A stretch of 64,000 nucleotides of DNA from contig NIVC01000292.1 in NCBI GenBank assembly GCA_002269645.1, positions 372,001 to 436,000 of the forward strand, in the 5' to 3' direction. Below are positions 15,201 through 26,243 of this stretch, piece after piece. The stretch's first letter is position 1. Every line of letters begins with the position of its first letter. The stretch is from Macrostomum lignano (Eukaryota). Below the pieces are notes generated by a model. That model was not told the DNA's origin and ran no database searches. It saw only the letters and a list, made by a program, of their open reading frames with translations. The position numbers and the translations under genes were made by a program.

Positions 15201-18200
15201 TGTTGCACCTGGATGATCTATATAAGGATAAAAATGGAATAATTGTGGTCTGAGGATTAAAATTCCATTTATGGCACCTCATTATTTTGAGAATAGAAGA
15301 AAAAATATCAATTGCATGGACAACTATTGTGACTATTATTGACGATGGATTTTTTTTATTTTCAGTGCATGTTGCACACCAAAATTTTAAAATTATACAC
15401 CAAAAGCCCAAAATTACTTAAATTTGTACACATCAGTGAGATTGGCTTGTTTAATGTCTTTAAGTTTGCATGATGAATTTGCATTACTTATGTACAAAAA
15501 TTAGTATTGTCAGTGGTATTTATTGCACTTATATTTTACATCATACATGCGCAACAGTCGGCCGAGTCGGCCGATCCGGCCGACCGATTTGGCGGCCAAC
15601 CAAGGAAGTCACAAAAATGCCCATCCGAAAAAATACCAAAGTAGTAGTACTAAGTAGCTGACGAGGCATTTTGACTTAATAAGACAGTCAAGTTACTCCT
15701 GCCGTTTACCCAAAGTTGCGTTAATTTTGCGTTAGGGTTTTTTACATGCAAGTCGCATTTTTGGCCAAAAACTACGTCGCATTTTTGTTAAAACTAAGTC
15801 GCATGGCCGACCGAATTTTGGAGGTTGCGCATGTATGTTTTACATGCCTTTACTTTCTCGCTTAACCTGCAGCCCAAGTGCACTGGTCAGGATGTTTTCA
15901 ACCTCGCCTGTGTCACCTTTGGCATCCGCGAGACCTGGTACTTTGGTTTGCAGTTCAGTGAGCCAGGCTCGGACAGTGGCAGCGGCTCCTGGTGGCTTCG
16001 GCCAGACAGGCGACTGTCCGAAGTTGTCCGAAGCTTGCCGGCCGGCTGCCCGCTGCACTTTTTCTTTCACGTTCGCTTCTGGGTGGAGGACGTCGGCGAG
16101 GACCTGCTGCTGGAGGCCACTGTGCACCTCTTCTACCTGGAGGTGTGCAGAAAGGAATTTGGGATCAGAGTGGGATAGGATTGATGGGGATCAGAGTGGG
16201 ATAGAATTGATGGGGATCAGAGTGGGATAGTATTGATGGGATCAGAGTGGGATAGGATTGATGGGGATCAGAGTGGGATGGTGCTATGACAGTAGCAGCA
16301 TCAGCATTTTACCTGTAAAATGGCGATTAAGCAACGCAGTTTCGCATGCAATCCGCAGGTGAAGGACCTGGTGCTCACCCGGCAGCAGTGGGCAGCCTCC
16401 CCGGACCTCCTACCGTTGCTGGCCGCCTACGCAGCTCAGGCGGAGCTCGGCGACTTCGACCCGGCCGTCGGCTGCGACCACCTGCTGGGCCGCCTGCTGC
16501 CCGCCCAGGCCCAGCAGCCGGAGACCGCGGCCGCCTGCGCAGAGAAGCTGCGGGATCACTACAGAGATCTGGCCGGTCTGGGCCGCGTTGAAGCCCAGAT
16601 TGAGATGCTGCGGCTGTCACAGGACCTGGAGATGTTCGGCTTGGTGTACTTCCCCATCTACGCCAATGTGAGTCTTTGTTCTGCTTTTCTTGTTTTTGAG
16701 TCTTTGTTCTGCTTTTCTTGTTTTTGAAGTCTTTGTTCTGCTTTTCTTGTTTTTGAAGTCTTTGTTCTGATTTTCTTGTTTCAGGGCCTTTGTTCTGCCA
16801 ATATTGAAGGTCTTGGTCTAGTTCGATCGCTCCCCCACCGGCCACACCCGCAGGGCCCAGACTCCGACCCGCCCAGCTGGCTCGGCATCTCCTGCTTCGG
16901 CGTGAGCTTCTACGAGCAGGCCTCGCTAGTGAAGCCGCACCGCAGGCTGGCCTGGTCGGACATCCGGCGCATGTCCTGCCGAGACCGGAAGTTCACCCTG
17001 GTCGCCAATGAGGCGCCGTCGGCTTCCTCGGCTGGCTCGGACGAGCCACCGACCTGCTTCGGCGGCGAGCACCGCGGCGGGCGCGCGGTCAGCTTCTGGA
17101 CTGGCAGCCCAGCCGACAGCAAGCAGATCCTGCGCCTGTGCGTCGGCAACCACGAGCTGTACATGACCCGGCGGATGCCCGACACCATCGAGAGGCAGCA
17201 GATGCGCGCCACGGCCAGAGAGGAGCGCGCCAGGCGGCTGCTGGACAAGCAGCGTCTGGCCAAGGAGGTCGAAGGCCGGGCAGCCGCCGAGAGGCTTCGC
17301 GGCGCCGCTGAGGAGAAGGCGGGACAGCTCGGCCAGCAGCTGGCCAAGTCCGAGGCCATGCTGGGCCTGCTGAGTGAGAGGGCGCGCCTGGCCGAGGACG
17401 AGATGAAAATGCTTAGCGAGCAGCGGGACAGACAGCTCGCGCACATGCGGCATATTCATGCTCAGGTGCGCCAATCTCACTGTCTACCCTGCCAATCTCA
17501 CTGTCTACCCTGCCAATCTCACTGTCTACCCTGCCAATCTCACTGTCTACCCTGCCAATCTCACTGTCTACCCTGCCAATCTCACTGTCTACCCTGCCAA
17601 TCTCACTGTCTACCCTGCCAATCTCACTGTCTACCTTGCCAATCTCACTGTCTACCCTGCCAATATCACTGTCTACCTTGGCAATCTCACTGTCTACCCT
17701 GCCAATCTCACTGTCTACCCTGCCAATCTCACTGTCTACCCTGCCAATCTCACTGTCTACCCTGCCAATCTCACTGTCTACCCTGCCAATCTCACTGTCT
17801 ACCCTGCCAATCTCACTGTCTACCCTGCCAATCTCACTGTCTACCCTGCCAATCTCACTGTCTACCCTGCCAATCTCACTGTCTACCCTGCCAATCTCAC
17901 TGTCTACCCTGCCAATCTCACTGTCTACCCTGCCAATCTCACTGTCTACCCTGCCAATCTCACTGTCTACCCTGCCAATCTCACTGTCTACCCTGCCAAT
18001 CTCACTGTCTACCCTGCCAATATCACTGTCTACCTTACCAATCACCCCAGCTGCTAGCAGAGAAGCAGAGCCTGGCGGAGCGCGCCAGCCAGTTCGAGTC
18101 GCTGCTGCTGACGCTCTCGGAGGAGGCAAGCGTCACCGAGGCGGAGCGGGACTGCCTGCGGCAGCAGCTGGCCTACGCCAGGCAGGGCGAGAAGTCGCTG

Positions 18201-19137
18201 CTGGCCAAGCTGGAGAGCCTCCTGCGCTCTGTGAGCGTCTGGAGCTCTGCTGGCGCCAGCGACTCCAGCGCTGAGCTGCAGGGCTTCGGCGCGCTGGCCG
18301 CTGACGCTGAGACGGAGGAGACCTCCGGGCTGAGCACTGCCGAGCTGCTGGCCCGCCTGCAGGCCGAGCGCCAGCTGTTCACCGACGGCAGCGCCGCCTT
18401 CGAGGCCGACCTGCGCCAGCTGCGGAGTCGCGTGCAGGCCGCGCGCCTTGGGGGCGCCGATCCCGGCCGGCTGCGTGGCGCTGCCGCTGCCGCTCCCTCC
18501 TCTGCCGCCCCCTCCTCTGCCGCTGCCGATCCCTGCGTGGTGACGCACTCGACTGCCGTGTCCTGTCCGGTGAGGCTTCGGGGGTCTGTGGTTCTTCAGC
18601 CATTTTCTGTGGCGTGGTTTCTGATTTCAGAGGGGCGGATTCTGGCTTCGGGAGGGGCGGATTCTGGCTTCGGGAGGGGCGGATTCTGGCTTCGGGAGGG
18701 GCGGATTCTGGCTTCGGGATGGGGCGGATTCTGGCTTCAGGATGGGGCGGATTCTGGCTTTGGGAGGGGCAGATTCTGGCTTCGGGAGGGGCGGATTCTG
18801 GCTTTGGGAGGGGCGGATTCTGGCTTCGGGAGGGGCGGATTCTGGCTTCGGGAGGGGCGGATTCTGACTTCGGGAGGGGCGGATCCTGGCTTCGGGAGGG
18901 GCGGATTCTGACTTCGGGAGGGGCGGATTCCGGTTTCGTGGGGCTGCGGATTCTGCTTTTGGTGGGGGGGGGGTCGGATTTTGGTTTGAGTAAAGGCGGA
19001 TTTGCAGATTCTGCCATCCCTGGTTGAGCTTCAATGTCACTGAAATCTTTAATCCACAGCACTCGTCTCCCGGCATCAGAGCCGGTCGCCTTAGCAACGG
19101 ATCGCGAGCGGCCGTGACCTACTTTGACGAGCTGTGA
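12296..19137 (+). CDS. NF2: Merlin/NF2-like FERM-domain protein (divergent), about 625 aa
   Basis: Exons 12296-12385, 15873-16142, 16359-16667, 16854-17465, 18051-18569 and 19060-19137 (1878 nt; all five introns phase 0). FERM motifs ISTYDADVEF, GIRETWYFGLQF, LLAAYAAQAELGDF and ILRLCVGNHELYMTRR; a Merlin-like helical region (ARRLLDKQRLAKE); C-terminus AAVTYFDEL* resembles Merlin VAFFEEL rather than the ERM actin-binding tail. Confidence 0.8.
12882..13480. mobile_element. Non-autonomous DNA transposon (MITE) with CCC...GGG ends in Merlin intron 1
   Basis: TIR CCCTATTGGAATAA (12882-12895) and TTATTCCAATAGGG (13467-13480); AT on both flanks (possible 2-bp TSD). Superfamily uncertain (CMC/EnSpm-like is a guess). 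Confidence 0.6.
15542..15837. mobile_element. hAT-type MITE, 296 bp, with perfect 8-bp TSD
   Basis: 14-bp TIR CATACATGCGCAAC...GTTGCGCATGTATG; TTTTACAT duplicated at 15534-15541 and 15838-15845; subterminal GGCCGA repeats. Confidence 0.85.
16161..16280. repeat. About 26-bp minisatellite, about 4.5 copies (Merlin intron 2)
   Basis: Unit GGGATCAGAGTGGGATAGGATTGATG. Confidence 0.9.
16668..16795. repeat. 28-29-bp minisatellite, about 4 copies, starting at the donor of Merlin intron 3
   Basis: Unit GTCTTTGTTCTGCTTTTCTTGTTTTTGAA. Confidence 0.88.
17469..18043. repeat. 21-bp minisatellite, about 27 copies (Merlin intron 4)
   Basis: Unit GCCAATCTCACTGTCTACCCT, reading CQSHCLP in the Merlin frame. 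Confidence 0.97.
18630..18935. repeat. 22-bp G-rich minisatellite, about 14 copies (Merlin intron 5)
   Basis: Unit GGATTCTGGCTTCGGGAGGGGC. Confidence 0.93.
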
Positions 19138-19719
19138 AGGCGGGGACTTCTTCAATTAGAAAATGAAAATTTGCTGCAATCGCACATTGAGTTTTCAGAG
19201 CGCTTTTTTAGATAGGGAATGTCTTTCGGTTGCTGTGAGCCTGTTCTCATGCAAACTAGAGATCAAGATCAATCGCGCTAATTTTAAGCCTCATCAAAAT
19301 CAATGAAATAATTTTCTCACGGTTTTACAGCTGCTGGCACTGCAAGTAGTCTGCCATGGCAGCCGTTTACATCATTGTCGTCTTTATTTTTTGTAGATCG
19401 CTTGGATACTTTTCTTTGAATTTTTTGAAGCCTTTGTTTGCTGTTTTTTGTTGTTGTTGAATTCTCATTGACTTGTCTTGATTCTGATTGCTTCGCAGCT
19501 TTTCCTGTTGCAGTCTTCCGCATGCGGCTCAGCCTCTGCCCCCCCCCCCTTGGTCCCTGAACTTCCAAAGCTTCAGTTTTTGTTTTGTTGGTTTGTACTT
19601 TTTCGAATGCAGTATTACAGAGTGCAAATATACACCTCCTGATTGCTGCTTCTGGCTGAATTCTGTGCGCTGCCTTCTCCGGGCTTTCTTTTCCATTGTA
19701 TAGTTAACAGTCCTTGGCC

Positions 19720-20360
19720 AATATCCAGCAGTCCATAGCTACCAATATCCAGCAGTCCATGGCCAAATACCAGCAGACCATGGCAAATAACCAACAGTCC
19801 ATGGTCAATACCCAGCAGTCCATAGCCACTAGCCAACAGTCCATAACCAATATCTAACAGTCCATGGCCAATATCTAATAGTTCATGGCAAGTATCCAGC
19901 AGTCCATAGCCAGTATCCAGCAGTCCATAGCCAATTACTAGCAGTCCATAACTAATTACTACCAGTCCATGGCAAATATCCAGCAGTCCATGACAAATAT
20001 CCAGCAGTCCATGGCCAATATCCAGCAGTCCATGGCCAATATCCAGCAGTCCATGGCCAATATCCAGCAGTCCATAGCCAGTATCCAGCAGTCCATGGCC
20101 AATATCCAGTAGTCCATGGCCAATATCCAGCAGTCCATGGCCAATATCCAGCAGTCCATGGCCAATATCCAGCAGTCCATAACAATATCCAGCAGTCCAT
20201 AACAATATCCAGCAGTCCATGGCCAATATCCAGCAGTCCATGGCCAATATCCAGCAGTCCATGGCCAATATCCAGCAGTCCATGGCCAATATCCAGCAGT
20301 CCATAACAATATCCAGCAGTCCATAACAATACCCAGCAGTCCATAACAATATCCAGCAGT
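19720..20360. repeat. 21-bp minisatellite, about 30 copies, immediately upstream of the DPY19L start
   Basis: Unit CCAGCAGTCCATGGCCAATAT; more degenerate at the left, and the last copies are 20-bp variants. Confidence 0.95.
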
Positions 20361-20385
20361 CCTCGGCCTCATCTCACCGCAGCAC

Positions 20386-23300
20386 ATGGGCAAGTTCAGC
20401 AAGGCCAAGCGGCAGCGCTCCCTCTCCGGCGGGGCTTCGTCAGCGCTGGAGGCTCCCGGCGGACCGCCTAGCGGCGACTTGTCGGCTGCCGGCGACAGCG
20501 AAGGAGGCCTCCCCGGCTGGCTCGGCTGCCTAGCAACCGTGCTGGAGTGGACGGCCGGCATCGGCCTGATGCTCGGCTGCGCCTGGGGCTTCGCCTGGCT
20601 GACCAACGAGATTCACGAGTCCACGCTGTACTTCTCCAACATCAAGGAGGTGGAGCGGGAGATCTCGCTGCGCACTGAGCAGGGGCTGTACTACTCCTAC
20701 TACAAGCAGCTGGTGTGGGCGCCCAGCCTCCGGCAGGGCCTCTTCGAGCTGGTCAGGGACAACTCCACTGAGCACCCGGACACCATCAACGTGCTGAGCA
20801 GGATGAACATCTACCAGGAGGTGCTGCTCGCGCTGCTGTACCGGTACACCTGGTTCGGGGTGAGTGCGAAAATCTTGCACTGTTAAGTTCTTTTCTCTAC
20901 ATATCGGCAGCGCTCGCCTATCTCGCCAACCTTGTAGACATATTTGCAGCCAATCTACTTTTACATCTACTCGGTGCTCTTCCTCAACGGCCTGCTCATC
21001 TGCGGCCTGTTTGCCACCTCCTGGCAGCTCACCGGCACCCCGCTGGCCGGCTGTCTGGCCGCTGTCATGTACACTCTCAACAGGTAGGCGCTGGGGCTGC
21101 GGCTGGCCGCTGTCATGTACACTCTCAACATGTAGGCGCTGGGGCTGCGGCTGGCCGCTGTCATGTACACTCTCAACAGGTAGGCGCTGGGGCTGCGGCT
21201 TGGGCCTGCACAGTACCAAATTCCTTGCACACCCCTGAACCTGCCTCCCCCAACCACTTCTGAACCTGCCTCCCCCAACCACTTCTGAACCTGCCTCCCC
21301 CAACCACTTCTGAACCTGCCTCCCCCAACCACTTCTGAACCTGCCTCCCCCAACCACTTCTGAACCTGCCTCCCCCAACCACTTCTGAACCTGCCTCCCC
21401 CAACCACTCCTGAACCTGCCTGCCCACCCACCCTGATCCTGCCTCCCCAACCACTTCTGAACCTGCCTCCCCCAACCACTTCTGAACCTGCCTCCCCCAC
21501 CCACTTCTGAACCTGCCTCCCCCACCCACCCTGATCTTGCCTCCCCCAACCACTTCTGAACCTGCCTCCCCCACCCACCCTGATCCTGCCTCCCCCAACC
21601 ACTTCTGAACCTGCCTCCCCCACCCACCCTGATCCTGCCTCCCCCAACCACTTCTGAACCTGCCTCCCCCACCCACCCTGATCCTGCCTCCCCCAACCAC
21701 TTCTGAACCTGCCTCCCCCACCCACTTCTGAACCTGCCTCCCCCACCCACCCTGATCTTGCCTCCCCCAACCACTTCTGAACCTGCCTCCCCCACCCACC
21801 CTGATCCTGCCTCCCCCAACCACTTCTGAACCTGCCGCCCCCAACCACTTCTGAACCTGCCTGCCCACCCACCCTGATCCTGCCTCCCCCAACCACTTCT
21901 GAACCTGCCTCCCCCAACCACTTCTGAACCTGCCTCCCCCACCCACTCCTGAACCTGCCTGCCCACCCACCCTGATCTTGCCTCCCCCAACCACTTCTGA
22001 ACCTGCCTCCCCCAACCACTCCTGAACCTGCCTGCCCACCCACCCTGATCCTGCCTCCCCCAGATTCAGAGGTCTCAGAGTATTCAGAGATTTGTAAATC
22101 ATTCTACTAATAACCCCAATATAGTCAGTAGTCATGTGGCTTGAACTATTTTTTTAAATTGACCTTTACTACTGACAACGTGCATCCCGTTAGTAGCGCA
22201 TTTGGACATGAAAATTATGTTCCGCAGCATGCACACGACTCGGCTAAGCTCAACTCACGCCCTGCGCGAGCACTTCTCACTGCCATTCCTGTGGCTGCAG
22301 CTGTTCTGCCTCTCTGTCTATTTCTCCCGGGCCAGCGTTCGCGGCTCTGCACGAGAGGTGGGACAAATGTTGTGAGATTAGTGCGATTAATTGATTGATT
22401 GGTTTTAATTCGCACGGACTAATCCCATTCACGCGCGCATGCGGTCTTCAGAGAGTCTCACTGCTTGGCGCGCAGATCTGCTGCTTTCTGTTCACGCTGT
22501 TCTGGCAATTCAACCAGTTCGTACTGCTGCTACAGTCGCTGTCTGTGCTGACCGCCTCCGCCATTGGATTTGTGCAGTTCAGAAAGGTGCCTAATTTCAT
22601 TTTGCCTACTTATAGTAGGCGATATTGCGAATTTCTTTTTTTTCACTGCAGTTGATTATTTTAGCAAAATATGCTTTACTTTCTACTGGCAGTAGGTGAG
22701 GGGCATATATCTTACTTTTATTGAAAAAAAAATTTTCTGTTTTGTTTTTTCAGGCCTTTGCCTTCCTACTAACAGTTGCTGGCAGCCTTCTGCTGGTGTC
22801 CCTGCTGCAGTTCGGCAACCCCATGCTGCTGACGGCGCCCGCGCTCTCAGTCTGCCTGTCTGGCGCGCTGTCTGTCGCCGTTAGCCGGCGCTGGCTGCTG
22901 CCCGGCTTTGGCTCGGCCGGCCGTCTCGCCCGGCTAAGCCGCGTCGCCTGCCAGGCCTGGGTCTGCCTGCTGGCCTTCGCCGTCTGCCAGACTGTGCTTA
23001 AGGTCAGCCGATATGTTATGTAAATTACTATTTAGCATAGTAGCTTGACGCCATAGCCGATATATTGTGTAAACTACTAACTACTATTTAGCATAGTAGC
23101 TTGACTCCACAGCCGATATGTTGTGTAAATTACTATTTATCATATTAGCTTGACTCCACAGCCGATATGTTGTGTAAATTACTATTTAGCATAGTAGCTT
23201 GACTCCACAGCCGATATGTTGTGTAAATTACTATTTAGCATAGTAGCTTGACTCCACAGCCGATATGTTGTGTAAATTACTATTTAGCATAGTAGCTTGA

Positions 23301-25325
23301 CTCCACAGCGGATATGTTGTGTAAATTACTATTTAGCATAGTAGCTTGACTCCACAGCGGATATGTTGTGTAAATTACTATTTAGCATAGTAGCTTGACT
23401 CCACAGCGGATATGTTGTGTAAATTACTATTTATCATATTAGCTTGACTCCACAGCCGATATGTTGTGTAAATTACTATTTAGCATATTAGCTTGACTCC
23501 ACAGCCGATATGTTGTGTAAATTACTATTTATCATATTAGCTTGACTCCACAGCCGATATGTTGTGTAAATTACTATTTATCATATTAGCTTGACTCCAC
23601 AGCCGATATGTTGTGTAAATTACTATTTTGCATAGTAGCCTATATGTATAGGGGAATTCTTCTCCTTTGCAGCTGGTGATTCGCCACGATGCCGATAGCC
23701 ACATCTACAAGTTCGTTATGATGAAGCTGGGTTACGGCTACGATGAGTGAGCTGGTTCATTTATTTTGTTTTACATTTCTCAGGAGTTTACTCAATTTCG
23801 AATTGCCATGTCCTGACTACGCTACTTGCAGCGACTTTGACGTTCGCATGTACAACTGCGCTGGCGCATTCGTCTGGCTGCCTTGGTCCACCTTTACTGA
23901 CCTGGCCGCCACCTACCTGCTGCAGCCCTACCTGATCGTCCACGCCGCTCTCTTCCTGCTCACTCTGGCCGGCTTCCTCCACTCCCTGCTTCGCCCGCCC
24001 GACGCCGCCTCCGACGCTGACGAGGCCAACGGCGTGGCTGCCAGCGGGGACAGCGCACCCGACAGCGGCGGCAAGTTTGAGCGCCCCAGCGCCTGGCGCG
24101 AGGCTCTGGACGGCTTTGCACGGCATCCGGAGCTGGCCTACCATGCTGGTGAGGGGTGGGGTGGGATGGGATGGACTGGAGTGAGATGGATGGGGTGAGA
24201 TCAGAAGAAATGAGATGGGATTGGTGGTGGGTGGGATGGGATTGAATAGAGTGAAATGAGATGGGATGAGATGGAATGGGTGGAATAGGATAGGGTGAGA
24301 TGAGATGTGATAGAATTTGATGGGGTAGGATTATATGGGGTGAGATGGGATGGAATTTGATGGGATAGGATTATATGGGGTGAGATGGGATGGGATGGAA
24401 TTTGATGGGGTAGGATTATATGGGGTGAGATGGGATGGGATGGAATTTGATGGGGTAGGATTATATGGGGTGAGATGGGATGGGATGGAATTTGATGGGG
24501 TAGGATTATATGGGGTGAGATGGGATGGGATGGAATTTGATGGGGTAGGATTATATGGGGTGAGATGGGATGGGATGGAATTTGATGGGGTAGGATTATA
24601 TGGGGTGAGATGAGATGGGATGGAATTTGATGGGGTAGGATTATATGGGGTGAGATTAGATGGGATGAAATTTGATGGGGTAGGATTATATGGGGTGAGA
24701 TGGGATGGGATGGAATTTGATGGGATAGGATTATATGGGGTGAGATGGGATGGGATGGAAATTGATGGGATAGGATTATATGGGGTGAGATGGGATGGGA
24801 TGGCCGGGATTGGATAGGACGGGCTGCACTTGGGAGAAAATGTAATTGAGTTTTCTAAAGCATTTTACTGGTATGTTAGGCGTCTCTCCCACTGCTTCAT
24901 TTTCCTCATCCACGCAGTCCAGTGCACGGTGTTCGCCATTCTGGGCTACACAACTCTGCGCATGAAGTACTTCTGGACTCCCTACATGTGCGTCCTGATG
25001 CCCCTGGCGCTGGGCCACCGCCGCTGCTGGGATTGGCTGCTGCTCCGGCTGCTCGGACCGCGGCTCCGGCATGCCGGCTTCGCCTGGTCACAGATTCTCA
25101 CCCTGGCACTGCTGGTGTCCTCTGCCCGGACTGTAAGTGTCTGCCTGTCTGTCTGTCTGTCTGCCTGCCTGTCTGTCTGCCTGTCTGTCTGCCTGTCTGC
25201 CTGCCTGCCTGTCTGTCTGCCTGCCTGCCTGTCTGTCTGCCTGCCTGTCTGTCTGTCTGCCTGTCTGTCTGCCTGTCTGTCTGTCTGTCTGTCCGTCTGT
25301 CTGTCTGTCTGTGTGTCTGCCTGCC

Positions 25326-25376
<51 letters not shown>

Positions 25377-25395
25377 GTCTGTCTGTCTGTCTTAG

Positions 25396-25472
<77 letters not shown>

Positions 25473-25639
25473 GCCTGCCTGTCTGTCTGTCTGTCTGTCT
25501 GTTTGCCTGTCTGTCTGTCTGTCTGTTTGCCTGTCTGTCTGTCTGTTTGCCTTTCTGTCTGCCTGTCTGTCTGCCTGTCTGTCCGTCTGTCTGTCTGTCT
25601 GTCTGTGTGTCTGTCTGTCTGCCTGCCTGCCTGCCTGCC

Positions 25640-25670
<31 letters not shown>

Positions 25671-25693
25671 GTCTGTCTGTCTGTCTGTTTGCC

Positions 25694-25738
<45 letters not shown>

Positions 25739-25942
25739 GCCTGCCTGTCTGTCTGTCTGTCTGTCTGTTTGCCTGTCTGTCTGTCTGTCTGTTTGCCTGT
25801 CTGTCTGTCTGTTTGCCTTTCTGTCTGCCTGTCTGTCTGCCTGTCTGTCCGTCTGTCTGTCTGTCTGTCTGTCTGTGTGTCTGTCTGTCTGTCTGTCTGC
25901 CTGCCTGCCTGCCTGCCTGTCTGTCTGTCTGTCTGTCTGTCT

Positions 25943-25973
<31 letters not shown>

Positions 25974-26082
25974 CCTGTCTGTCTGTCTGTTTGCCTGTCT
26001 GTCTGTCTGTTTGCCTGTCTGTCTGTCTGTCTGTCTGTCTGTCTGCCTGTCTGTCTGTCTGTCTGTCTGTCTGTCTGCCTGC

Positions 26083-26170
<88 letters not shown>

Positions 26171-26185
26171 GTCTGTCTGTCTTAG

Positions 26186-26243
<58 letters not shown>

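Noticed and set aside
20530-22135. Gly/Trp/Arg-rich minus-strand ORFs (320-486 aa)
   Set aside because: They are antisense read-through of a C-rich minisatellite and GC-rich exons.
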